The notes under the pieces were generated by a model. It did no database searches. It was not told the DNA's origin and saw only the letters and a list, made by a program, of their open reading frames with translations. Positions 20,110-29,900 of a stretch of 64,000 bases of DNA are shown piece by piece. Positions within the stretch are counted from its first letter, which is position 1; each line of letters starts with the position of its first letter. Where the stretch lies: NCBI GenBank assembly GCA_019058445.1, contig JAHPZA010000004.1, positions 128,001-192,000 on the forward strand, read 5' to 3'. The position numbers and the translations under genes were made by a program. This stretch comes from Promethearchaeota archaeon. GTDB taxonomy: Archaea > Asgardarchaeota > Lokiarchaeia > Sigyniarchaeales > SOKP01.

Positions 20110-21252
20110 TTATTTTAATTCATTTTCGCTAAAATATTCTTTTTCTGGAATAGGGTAATGAATTACTTCCTTACCATCTACTATTTTTTTTACATATTCT
20201 TTCCCTTTTTTGTCGATATAAACTTTTCCTGAGGTAATGAGCAAGTTATATAACTCTTTCCGTTTCTTTGGGTCTGCGACACAAATAAAATTACAATTTC
20301 CGCATCGGGGATTAGTGTCTATTAACGGTCTCAAACCAACATTCTCGGTGATTCCAACCTTAGCAAAAGAAGCAAGGATTTTTTGATTAAATTTCCGAAT
20401 TTCCCGAGGAGTATTTGGATCTCTAAGAAGTTTTAGTAAAAGGTCTCTCCTTAAACTTCGATTCTTTATCCACTCTTCATGAGTGTGCTTTTTAAGAGAA
20501 GTATGGTCCGGAGTCCATGTACTCCATGTGGCATCCAAAGATAATCCTACCCAACCGGCACAACCAATCCCGCATTTTGAATACGCACCTCTTCGGGCAT
20601 AAACTTCTTTGAACCCTCCAATAATAACTTCTTGTCGTGATTCTTCCTCATCCATAGGAAAATAGCCTGTCGTGCAGGCTTTTACGCAAATTTTGCACCT
20701 ATTACAATGATTCTCTTCAGCCATAGGATCAGGTTCCAATGGAGCTATAGTAAGCACTCCTCCCAGATAAAGTGATCCCCCATATTCCTTAGTAACTAAA
20801 TTTCCCGACCAACCTAAATGTCCTAAACCTGCAGCAACAGCTCCGTATCTAAGAGAAAAATCAGGCCATGCGTAATCATCTTTCCTAAAATCATATCGCT
20901 TTCCATTAACTTCTCTATATTTAGCATTTGGAATTACCGGAAAGGCCTTATAGTCTGTAATTTCTTCAATATACTTTGCTACTTTTTGAGCGGTTTTCCA
21001 AGCACCTACATAAGCAAAATCTTGGGCTTTTTTAATGCTCATTCGTTCTATCTTAGAAAAATAATTTTCAAGAGCTTCAATCGGGTTTGGGTATGCCCAG
21101 ATGATGCAGCTTTGAGCGCCAGGAAGGCAATAATTCATGTCACCGGAGGGGGGTGCTTCTTTTAGCCGGTCTTGACTTCCCACCCCAACTAATTTAGCCC
21201 CATCATCAAGAATCATTTGCTTTATATTTACCTTTAATTCCTTTAGATCCAT
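20110..21252 (-). CDS. QueG/reductive-dehalogenase-like protein
   Basis: SLRYGAVAAGLGHLGWSG, CNRCKICVKAC, WSTWTP, CGNCNFIC. Confidence 0.8.
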   Translation of the reverse strand: MDLKELKVNIKQMILDDGAKLVGVGSQDRLKEAPPSGDMNYCLPGAQSCIIWAYPNPIEALENYFSKIERMSIKKAQDFAYVGAWKTAQKVAKYIEEITDYKAFPVIPNAKYREVNGKRYDFRKDDYAWPDFSLRYGAVAAGLGHLGWSGNLVTKEYGGSLYLGGVLTIAPLEPDPMAEENHCNRCKICVKACTTGYFPMDEEESRQEVIIGGFKEVYARRGAYSKCGIGCAGWVGLSLDATWSTWTPDHTSLKKHTHEEWIKNRSLRRDLLLKLLRDPNTPREIRKFNQKILASFAKVGITENVGLRPLIDTNPRCGNCNFICVADPKKRKELYNLLITSGKVYIDKKGKEYVKKIVDGKEVIHYPIPEKEYFSENELK

Positions 21253-21327
21253 TTTAATAACCTAATTGGGTATTGAATTTAATTTTAAAAAAAAAATACA
21301 TTATAATGTAATGTGATTTCGTTATTT

Positions 21328-22614
21328 TTATTTCCTTTCCAATTCTTTTTTTTTGGCTAGCATTAAAGAAGCCCCATTAAATAGACTGTTTTTAGCAATG
21401 AATGATAGCTCCTGTTTTCCTTTTTGCTTTAAAATCTTGGCCTTCAAATCATAAACTTCTATGAGTACATCTTTATTTACTAATTCACTTGATTTGATTA
21501 TAACATCAAGCATATGCAAAGCTAATTGGAGCTTTCCTTGTTCATAAAGATTTTTTCCGTGTTCAAGATATTTTTCGGGCGAGTTAATCTGTAAAAATTC
21601 CCTGGCTATATCGTCAGATTTTGCGGGGTAAAAATCGGTTGGGTTTCCCGTATTATACCACCCATGATAAAGACGGTAGGTTGCGTGTATTGCAAATTGA
21701 TAACAGCCGTAAGTTCCTCTTAAAAATTTTTGATTTTTAAATTTCTCGGGAAAAATCTCCATCATTTCATGAAAAATTTGTTCAAACCATTTGCCCTCAT
21801 TCATCCTTTTTACCACCTCATCGTGAACAAAATGCATGGCTTCTGCCCTAATTGATAAAGCCTCTTTCACATCCTCTTTACCCTCAATAAGTTTTCCATG
21901 ACCAGGAACAATAAATTCAGCATTTTTTTCCAGCATTTTTTCCATCGCAATAGCCCAATCATGAGGATAGCGTTGTACTTTATTAGGATTTCCAACATTA
22001 GGAAATGAAGGATTCATGACTAAATCTCCGGCAAATAGAACTTTTTTATCAGGAACCCATAACCAGAGTGAATCATCTGTTTCTCCCATATCATGGTAGA
22101 CTTCAAAATTGATATTGCCTAACGTGAAAGAATACGAGGCATCATTCCCAGTAAGGACTATTGTAGGATCAAGCGTCTCGTGTGCGGAAACAGGTTCTCC
22201 TTGTTGTTTTAAACCTATCGACGCAAATTGTTGACTGTTTAACCATATATGATATTTATCTAATCTTCTGTATTTTTCAAACCGTCTCACACAATTTTCA
22301 TGTGCTATTACTTCAGGCATTTTCCACCCTCTTTCTTTAATTTCTTTGATAATTGATGCGTATCCAAAGCAATGATCGAAATGACCATGTGAATAAATAA
22401 TATATTTTACTGGTTTATCTGAAAATTCTCGAAGTGCTTCAAAAATGCGTTTGTGGAATTGTCTTGGTGCCAAATCAAAAACGACTAATCCATCATCGGT
22501 CTCTACAGCACCAACATTGCCAAAAGCCCCGATAATAAGGCATTTTCCATCGGCAAATGTTTTTGATGGGAACATCCCAAAAAAATCATTCATATCTTGT
22601 TTCGTAATATCCAT
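21328..22614 (-). CDS. Alkyl sulfatase-like MBL-fold hydrolase with dimerization domain
   Basis: YSHGHFDH, GETDD, AGDL, PNVGNP, PGHG, YHGWY. Start placed at ATG 22614 after AGGAG; the ORF track extends to 22689. Confidence 0.85.
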   Translation of the reverse strand: MDITKQDMNDFFGMFPSKTFADGKCLIIGAFGNVGAVETDDGLVVFDLAPRQFHKRIFEALREFSDKPVKYIIYSHGHFDHCFGYASIIKEIKERGWKMPEVIAHENCVRRFEKYRRLDKYHIWLNSQQFASIGLKQQGEPVSAHETLDPTIVLTGNDASYSFTLGNINFEVYHDMGETDDSLWLWVPDKKVLFAGDLVMNPSFPNVGNPNKVQRYPHDWAIAMEKMLEKNAEFIVPGHGKLIEGKEDVKEALSIRAEAMHFVHDEVVKRMNEGKWFEQIFHEMMEIFPEKFKNQKFLRGTYGCYQFAIHATYRLYHGWYNTGNPTDFYPAKSDDIAREFLQINSPEKYLEHGKNLYEQGKLQLALHMLDVIIKSSELVNKDVLIEVYDLKAKILKQKGKQELSFIAKNSLFNGASLMLAKKKELERK

Positions 22615-22689
22615 CGTTATTCTCCTTATGACAAATAATTTATTATCTATATCTAATAATTGGGAAAAAATAATACTTCCGAGTTTCAT

Positions 22690-24237
22690 TTAGGTTGGGG
22701 CAATCCTTTTAGGATATCTGCTTTGAGCTTTGAGGTTTTCATGGAATAATTGTTCGACTAAGTCATATCGTAGTTCTTTATGGGTGTGCCATAAATTATT
22801 CGTTTCGTCTGGATCATTTTTACGAGAATATAGGTCGCCATACCCTCTCAAATTCTCATAGAGTGTTAACTTGTACTCCTCGGTGACCAAATGTCTTAAT
22901 CTTATGTTGACTCCTTTGCGTAAGAACGGAAACTCTTCATCTTCCTCAATTAAACAACTGTCCCTTACCTTAGTACTCGGATCTTTTAACACAGGGGTAA
23001 GATCTACACCTTGAATATCTGGAGGTTGATGTCTTTTCCTAATACCAAGTAGACTTAAGATAGTTTTTGGGATATCAATTGAACTTGCGAGAGACTCAGA
23101 AACAACTGGCTTAGTGAGTCCAGGCACTTTCCATAGTAAAGGAACATTTAAAATACCTTTAAACGGGCATGGTCCTTTGAGAATCATTCCGTGATCCCCC
23201 ATTAAGTCCCCATGATCGCTAGTATAGATGACCATAGTATTATCTGCTAAACCTAATTTTTCTAAGGAAGCTAAAATCTGCCCAACTGCATCATCGATCA
23301 TGGCAATTAAACCATATGTTAATGCTATAAAATCTCTAACTTCTTGTTCTGTTGATACTCTTAATAAAGCTCCCCTAAAGGCGGGATTTTTGATAAATTG
23401 TCCTAAGAATTGATGATTTTCTAAATTCTTAGCATCATCGAAGCTCGAAGGGAGTTCAATTTCTTCAGGCTTATACAGATCTTTATATTTTCCAGGAGGA
23501 CAGACAGGATGATGCGGATCGGGAATTGAACAATGCAAAAAGAAGGGTTTATTCCCATATTTCCCTTGAGAATATCTTTCTAAAAATGAAATTGTTTTTT
23601 CCTTCATATAAGTAGTTGGATAAAGCTCCTCTGGTAGAATAGTCTCATAATATGGAAGATTAAAAAAACTTTTGAATTTCTCTTTTATCGGATCAATATA
23701 TTGGGGGCCCCTTTCTTCCAGCCAATCAAAATAATGCCCGGCGCAAAGATCACCATGACCAACCACCATATCCACTTCATCAAATCCATAGTACGGTTTA
23801 GTTAGATTCTCTTTCATCTTTGGACGATATTTATCAATCAACCAAGGACCAATAGCTTCTGCCGATGTAAAAGATTTATCAAATTCTCTGGCCCAGTATT
23901 GAAGATGTATTTTTCCAATGCTAATGGTGTGATATCCCTGTTTTTTTAAAGTATCATTTATAGTTGGCACGTTTAACGGTAAATTTATTCCATTACTTCG
24001 AACACCGTGCATATTTGGATATAATCCTGTAAGAATTGTGGATCGATTAGGCATACACATTGGATTCGTGCAAAAAGCACTCGTAAAACGCACACTTTCG
24101 CTTGCGAGCCTGTCTAAATTAGGAGTTTTTAAGACAGAATTTCCAGAACAGCCTAAATGATCAGCGCGCTGTTGATCAGTTATGATAAATAACACGTTCA
24201 TTTTTTCACTCATAATAATGAATTTGTTAGAGAACAT
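22690..24237 (-). CDS. Cys-type sulfatase
   Basis: TDQQRADH, CMPNRST, DPHHP, SDHG; close paralog of 11976..13508. Confidence 0.93.
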   Translation of the reverse strand: MFSNKFIIMSEKMNVLFIITDQQRADHLGCSGNSVLKTPNLDRLASESVRFTSAFCTNPMCMPNRSTILTGLYPNMHGVRSNGINLPLNVPTINDTLKKQGYHTISIGKIHLQYWAREFDKSFTSAEAIGPWLIDKYRPKMKENLTKPYYGFDEVDMVVGHGDLCAGHYFDWLEERGPQYIDPIKEKFKSFFNLPYYETILPEELYPTTYMKEKTISFLERYSQGKYGNKPFFLHCSIPDPHHPVCPPGKYKDLYKPEEIELPSSFDDAKNLENHQFLGQFIKNPAFRGALLRVSTEQEVRDFIALTYGLIAMIDDAVGQILASLEKLGLADNTMVIYTSDHGDLMGDHGMILKGPCPFKGILNVPLLWKVPGLTKPVVSESLASSIDIPKTILSLLGIRKRHQPPDIQGVDLTPVLKDPSTKVRDSCLIEEDEEFPFLRKGVNIRLRHLVTEEYKLTLYENLRGYGDLYSRKNDPDETNNLWHTHKELRYDLVEQLFHENLKAQSRYPKRIAPT

Positions 24238-24317
24238 TAAAAAGATTTTGAGTACTAATTTGTAATATTACATTTTTTGATATTTAAAAGCCCTCTTCTC
24301 TTTTTTTAGAAAAAATC

Positions 24318-24329
24318 TTTACATTGGTG
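24318..24329. promoter_or_regulatory. Repeated TTTACAYTGGYG motif, copy 3
   Basis: TTTACATTGGTG in the divergent promoter between the sulfatase operon and the Fe-S genes. Confidence 0.5.
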
Positions 24330-24400
24330 AAAAGCTTAAAAAATTAGTTAAGATTTATCTATAATTAAGTTAAAAATACTATAAAAATAGAGGATATTAA

Positions 24401-25465
24401 ATGATTGTAAATGAAGAACATAAGGCAGATCTGATTCGATTAGCAAAAGAGTATACATATTCTGCGCAATCTTATCCCGGGGTTCAAGAAGAAGAACCAA
24501 AAGAAAAATATCTTGAATATTTAAGTCTGATGTATGATCCGGAGATTGTTAAAATCATGCTGGAGCTTCCTGTAATGCCGAAAACTATGTCAATAAAGAA
24601 AGTAGCGAAAAAATTAGGCATTGATAAAGACGAATTAATTGCTAAATTAGAGGAGCATGCAAAAAGGGGATTTGTAACACGGATTGGGAATAGCTATGCT
24701 CGCCCTTCTCCTTTGCAGATTCATGATTCGCCATTCATTCTTCAAGAGAATTTAGATAGAGACGATATTGTGGAATTTGCACGATTAAGTAGAGAATATT
24801 TTGAGGAGGGATATTATAAAACCTGGGAAACAAACCGTAGAGGGATTCCAAGGACAAGAGTATTGACAGTCTCAGAAAAAATAGAACCTTCACATCAAAT
24901 CATGCCCATGGAAGAAGTGTATACCATAATCGACAAGCAAACGGATTTTGCTATATTTCCTTGTCCTTGCCGTCAGAGGAAAGAAGTTGAGGGAATTCGG
25001 AAATGTAAAGATAAGTATCCAATTCATAATTGCATAACATTTGGAATTTTTGCTAAACAAATGATTGAAATGGGGGATCCTGCTGTAAGAGCCATTTCAA
25101 AAGAAGAAGTAAAAGAAGAAGCTAGAAAAGCTGCCGAACTTGGTTTAGTTCACATGACGGATAATAATGAAAATAATGTCCACATTCTTTGTGCATGCTG
25201 CGAATGTTGTTGTGGTAATTTAGCGGGATTAACAAGGTTGGATAATCCTAGAGCTATAGCTAGAGCTAATTATATTTCGAGTATTGATGAAGGATTGTGC
25301 GTTGCATGTGGGACATGTATAGAGAGATGTAAGTTTGATGCAATTACTTTGAATGAGATTGCTCATGTTAACGTTGATAAATGTGTAGGGTGTGGATTGT
25401 GTGCTGTAACTTGTCCTGAAGATGCAATTACCATGAAACGACTTGAAAGAGAGGTCCTCCCTTAA
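24401..25465 (+). CDS. Cys-rich Fe-S protein with C-terminal 2x[4Fe-4S] ferredoxin domain
   Basis: CPCR, CACCECCC, CVACGTCIERC, CVGCGLCAVTCP; N-terminal HTH-like part. Confidence 0.85.
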   Translation: MIVNEEHKADLIRLAKEYTYSAQSYPGVQEEEPKEKYLEYLSLMYDPEIVKIMLELPVMPKTMSIKKVAKKLGIDKDELIAKLEEHAKRGFVTRIGNSYARPSPLQIHDSPFILQENLDRDDIVEFARLSREYFEEGYYKTWETNRRGIPRTRVLTVSEKIEPSHQIMPMEEVYTIIDKQTDFAIFPCPCRQRKEVEGIRKCKDKYPIHNCITFGIFAKQMIEMGDPAVRAISKEEVKEEARKAAELGLVHMTDNNENNVHILCACCECCCGNLAGLTRLDNPRAIARANYISSIDEGLCVACGTCIERCKFDAITLNEIAHVNVDKCVGCGLCAVTCPEDAITMKRLEREVLP

Positions 25466-25519
25466 TGAACGATAATTAATTTTTTTACAAAATCATTTTA
25501 AAGATAGAAAATAAAAGGA

Positions 25520-26647
25520 GTGAATAAAATTACATCAGCAGAATCCCAAGATCCATATGAGATAATATTACAAAAAATGAGAAGATATCCTAGTGATATT
25601 CCCATGACCGACGGGCAGATTTCAGATGCGTTTCGAGAGTATATCAAGTTACTTTTCACTCCCGAGGAAGCTGAGATTGCTCAACATCTTGAAACTCGTC
25701 CTTTATCTGCGGGAAATATTGCCAAAAGGATTGGAAAAAGTTTGAAAGAAACCAGAGAAATCTTAAATGATATGGCAGATAAAGGGATTATCCAAGATAT
25801 TGGGGGGTACTCATATTTTATTGCCATGGCTCATCTTTTAAATATGGGTTTTAAATATTCAAAATCATTTAAGAGGCTAGGTAAAAAAGGAGCCGAACTA
25901 TACCAACAATTCTTCATTGAGGAACAATTTTACAAACGTTATGAGTCATCAGATGGGGGTACTTCAATGACAAGAGTGGTACCTATAAATTCCGCCATTG
26001 ATCATAAATCTGAAATTTTAAATGCGGAGGAAATACATCAAATTTTTGATGAATGCAAGGGTCCAATAGTCATTACTGATTGTCCATGTCGAAATAGGAC
26101 AGATATTTTAGGCATTCGAGAATGCAAAGATAAATACCCTATAGAAGAATCTTGCTTTCAGTTAGGATTATTCGGAAAATATTTCATCAGAAGGGGAGAA
26201 GGAAGGGAATTATCACGCGAAGAAGCACATCAATTAATAGACAAATACGCCAAAATGGGATTAATTTTCACAACTGAGAATGTTAAAGATCCAAATCATT
26301 TCGTAATCTGCTGTTGTTGCGCATGTTGTTGTGCCCTTTTAAGGGGTATGACACGTTTTGAGGATAAAAACGAACATTGTGTTGCTAAATCCAATTATGT
26401 ATCTAAAGTAGATCAGGATGCTTGTAAAGGATGTGGAATGTGCATACAGAGATGTCCATTTAATGCGATTACAATTGAGAATGAGAAAGCATCTGTTGAT
26501 GCAAATAGATGTTATGGATGTGGTGCTTGTGCAGTAACATGCCCTACGGGAGCGATAAAGCTACATCGAGAGGAACGCTCATATATTTATGAAAATGCTT
26601 TAAAGCTTTCAAGTAAGATTTATCAGGAAAATAGATTTGATCTATAA
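25520..26647 (+). CDS. Cys-rich Fe-S protein, tandem paralog of 24401..25465
   Basis: CPCR, CCCCACCC, CKGCGMCIQRCP, CYGCGACAVTCP. Confidence 0.85.
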   Translation: MNKITSAESQDPYEIILQKMRRYPSDIPMTDGQISDAFREYIKLLFTPEEAEIAQHLETRPLSAGNIAKRIGKSLKETREILNDMADKGIIQDIGGYSYFIAMAHLLNMGFKYSKSFKRLGKKGAELYQQFFIEEQFYKRYESSDGGTSMTRVVPINSAIDHKSEILNAEEIHQIFDECKGPIVITDCPCRNRTDILGIRECKDKYPIEESCFQLGLFGKYFIRRGEGRELSREEAHQLIDKYAKMGLIFTTENVKDPNHFVICCCCACCCALLRGMTRFEDKNEHCVAKSNYVSKVDQDACKGCGMCIQRCPFNAITIENEKASVDANRCYGCGACAVTCPTGAIKLHREERSYIYENALKLSSKIYQENRFDL

Positions 26648-26694
26648 TTTAATAAATAAATTTCAAACTCTTATAATGGTTAAGCTGGTAAATT

Positions 26695-28197
26695 ATGAGT
26701 GAAAAAATGAACGTGTTATTTATGATAACGGATCAACAGCGAGCCGATCATCTCAGCTGTGCGGGAAATCCGATCTTAAAAACTCCACATATTGACAGCA
26801 TTGGCAATGGTGGGATACGATTTACGAAATATTTTTGTGCTACGCCTATTTGTATGCCCAATCGAGGGAGTTTTTTTACTGGTGCATATCCAAGTGTTCA
26901 CGGAACCCGATCAAATGGGATTAATTTAAATCCTGAAATTCCAACGATTTCTGAAGTACTAAAAAATCAAGGGTATCATACCGTCTCGGTAGGAAAAACG
27001 CATTTCAACTTCTACGCATTTCCTTATAAGAAGAAAAAAGTCCAATCCTTAGAGGTTATTCCTTATTGGATGTCGGGGAAGTTGAAATCACCATTTCCCA
27101 CACCATATTATGGTTTCGACGAGGTAAAGCTAACCGTGGGTCATGGTGATATAGTAGGTGGTCATTATTTAGAATGGTTAGAAGAAAAAGGTTATGATAA
27201 ACTGGATTTTTTGAAGAATCGGTTGATAGAAATCTATAAGAACTATTACGAGACTGAAGTCCCGGAGGAATTCTATCCATCTACATATATTACAGACCAA
27301 ACAGTTGAATTCTTAGAACGTTGTTCAGAAGGACAATATGGAGATAAACCATTTTTTATGCATTGTTCTTATAATGATCCCCATCATCCAGTATGCCCCC
27401 CTGGGAGATATATGGATATGTACGGTCCCAATGATATTACCCTTCCAGAAAATTTCGAAGATGGGGAAAATCTACTTAATCACGAATTTTTAGGAGAGAT
27501 ATTAAAAGACTCTCGCTTTCCGCATCTACTTCCTCAGAAAGTAGATGAGGAAGTGGCTAAGACTTTCACGGCACTTACGTATGGGTCTATAGCCATGATT
27601 GATGATGGAGTTGGGAAAATTCTTCAGAAATTAGAAAAAACCGGAATGGCAGAAAATACAATGGTCATTTTTACTAGTGACCATGGAGATTACTGCGGAG
27701 ATCATGGACTCATTTTGAAAGGGCCTGCCCATTACCGTAGCGTTATAAATATGCCCTTACTATGGAAGGTGCCGGGAGTAACAAAATCAGGAGTGTCTGA
27801 TTCACTTATTGATACTGTTGACCTCCCTAAGACAATTTTAAATATACTCGGTATTAGTGAAAAATTACATCCTGAAGCATTTCAAGGTTATGATGTAACC
27901 TCTATATTGAGTGATCCAAATAAAAAAGTGAGAGAGAGAATTCTCATTGAACATGATGAAGAAATAGCCTCTGACAGAATTTTCAGAGTGAGAACTCTGG
28001 TTACTGAAAGATATCGATTATCGCTTTACGATGGTCATGAGAATTTTGGTGATATCTTTGATTATGAAAACGATCCTTCTGAAGTTGAGAATTTATGGTC
28101 AAAAAATCGGGATCTAAAAAATGAACTCGTCGAGGAACAGCTGAGAGAAATCATACGACTACATCCCCGTTTACCAAAGAGGGATGCGTATAATTAA
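26695..28197 (+). CDS. Cys-type sulfatase
   Basis: TDQQRADH, CMPNRGS, DPHHP, SDHG. Confidence 0.93.
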   Translation: MSEKMNVLFMITDQQRADHLSCAGNPILKTPHIDSIGNGGIRFTKYFCATPICMPNRGSFFTGAYPSVHGTRSNGINLNPEIPTISEVLKNQGYHTVSVGKTHFNFYAFPYKKKKVQSLEVIPYWMSGKLKSPFPTPYYGFDEVKLTVGHGDIVGGHYLEWLEEKGYDKLDFLKNRLIEIYKNYYETEVPEEFYPSTYITDQTVEFLERCSEGQYGDKPFFMHCSYNDPHHPVCPPGRYMDMYGPNDITLPENFEDGENLLNHEFLGEILKDSRFPHLLPQKVDEEVAKTFTALTYGSIAMIDDGVGKILQKLEKTGMAENTMVIFTSDHGDYCGDHGLILKGPAHYRSVINMPLLWKVPGVTKSGVSDSLIDTVDLPKTILNILGISEKLHPEAFQGYDVTSILSDPNKKVRERILIEHDEEIASDRIFRVRTLVTERYRLSLYDGHENFGDIFDYENDPSEVENLWSKNRDLKNELVEEQLREIIRLHPRLPKRDAYN

Positions 28198-28288
28198 AAT
28201 TGAAATTAAAATTAATCATTTTTTATAAGATTTATATAGTACTTAAACAAATAGTAAAAAAGAATGAAAAAATTAAGTTGAATTTGCT

Positions 28289-29683
28289 ATGAAAGATGAA
28301 AATGGAACAGAAACGAGTGAATGGGAAATAGCATCTACAAGTAAAATGATATCATATGGTTTTGGTTATCTTATTATCAATTTTCTCTTAACTACTTATT
28401 CACGTATTGTTTTTTATTTTTACGAAGTCGAAATAGGTTTACCTGTTATCTATGTTGGGCTTGCATTTGTTATTTTTGCTATATGGAATATGGTTAATGA
28501 CCCACTTTTAGGATATCTAACCGATAAACCCTTGAAATGGACAAAACGATGGGGAATGCGTGCTCCTTGGATCGTTATTTCAAGCTTTCCAATATTAATA
28601 TTTTATTTGCTAATTTTTATGCCTCCCAATGAGAATATTTTGATTATCTTTCTATTTATGGTAATAATTACATGTCTTTTTGACACTTTCTTTTCTATTT
28701 ATAACGATCATGTTTATGGTGGGTTCACAAACCAATTCAGAACAGAATATGAGCGCAGAAAAGGATTTGGCATAATTTTAATCGTAGCTGGGTTTGGTTC
28801 TATGTTTTTGGGCTTAATCCCACCTCTTATTATTAGGTATGGAGACAGAAATTCGTTCATTTTAGCTGCTTTAATAATGGTAATAATACTAATGCTATGC
28901 AATATTTTTCTTTTTTTTGGAATTAAAGAGTCAGAGGAATTAAAAGAGATGTTCATTCGTGGTTATGAGACATCTGAAGAAAAGTCCTTCCTTAAAACAA
29001 TGAAGATTGCTCTCAAACGCAAAAATTATGTAGTAATTCTCATTGCTTATACAACAATCATAACCACACAAACTCTCGCTCAAGCATCTCAAATCTACTT
29101 TATTAAGGATGTATTAAAGGTTCCATATACATATGCGGTGTTTATTAATCTGGCGGGTGTTATAGGTTTTTTAATTTCACTTCCTTTTTGGGTCAATTTT
29201 GCTAAAAATCATGGTTTTAAGAAAACATTAATATTATGTACATTCTTGGCAGCTATTTCTTATATTCCTACCTTATGGATTACAACCATCGAAGAAAGGG
29301 TTATTTTTACTTTTTTAGGTGGTATTCCTTACGCGGGTTATACAGTAGTGATTATGCCGATGGCAGCGGACACTATGGATGATGTCGCTGTAGAGTTGGG
29401 GAGACGTGCAGAAAGTACATTAGCGGGAATTCGGATGTTTTTCTTCCGTGTAGCTTTTCTCGTCCAAGGAGTCGTAATAATGGTTATCCACATTGCCACT
29501 GCATATAATCCCGATCCTAACGCTGTACAAACATCCTTAGCTATATGGGGAATTCGGGTGCATACGGGGTTAATTCCCGCCATTTTGATGTTTGCGATAT
29601 CCCTTATAGTGTATAAGTGGTATGATCTCACGGGAGAAAGAAAAGAAAGCATGCTTAAAGAGTTGAAAGCAAAAGGTCTCTGA
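28289..29683 (+). CDS. MFS transporter, glycoside-pentoside-hexuronide (MelB-like) family
   Basis: WNMVNDPLLGYLTD, WGMRAPW, ERR, MAADTMD; about 12 TM segments. Confidence 0.9.
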   Translation: MKDENGTETSEWEIASTSKMISYGFGYLIINFLLTTYSRIVFYFYEVEIGLPVIYVGLAFVIFAIWNMVNDPLLGYLTDKPLKWTKRWGMRAPWIVISSFPILIFYLLIFMPPNENILIIFLFMVIITCLFDTFFSIYNDHVYGGFTNQFRTEYERRKGFGIILIVAGFGSMFLGLIPPLIIRYGDRNSFILAALIMVIILMLCNIFLFFGIKESEELKEMFIRGYETSEEKSFLKTMKIALKRKNYVVILIAYTTIITTQTLAQASQIYFIKDVLKVPYTYAVFINLAGVIGFLISLPFWVNFAKNHGFKKTLILCTFLAAISYIPTLWITTIEERVIFTFLGGIPYAGYTVVIMPMAADTMDDVAVELGRRAESTLAGIRMFFFRVAFLVQGVVIMVIHIATAYNPDPNAVQTSLAIWGIRVHTGLIPAILMFAISLIVYKWYDLTGERKESMLKELKAKGL

Positions 29684-29722
29684 ATCTTAATTTTTGAAAT
29701 TAATAAAAGAATAATGTTTTTT

Positions 29723-29900
29723 GATATTAAATTGAATCTAAAGTGAACTACTACTACCTAAAGGTAGTAGCTTCCTACGAGTCCGCACCTACTTTTGCAG
29801 TTGGCTTGACTGTATGTCGTAGAAAACCATTCCACTTTTGAAGGAATAGTTCCTCGTCCACAGAGGATTCATGTGATAGGAAATCATATTCGCCTAATTC
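29723..29900 (-). ncRNA. Predicted omegaRNA/reRNA overlapping the tnpB 3' end, with guide from flanking DNA
   Basis: Expected from TnpB biology. Hairpins are visible in the tnpB tail and right end; the guide would be TTTAGATTCAATTTAATATC (29742-29723). The 5' boundary is a guess. Confidence 0.6.

Noticed and set aside
29727-29737. The predicted TnpB guide shares ATTCAATTTAA with the mRNA intron at 31314
   Set aside because: Only 11 nt of AT-rich sequence, not at the TAM-proximal start of the guide, and no matching TAM; likely chance.
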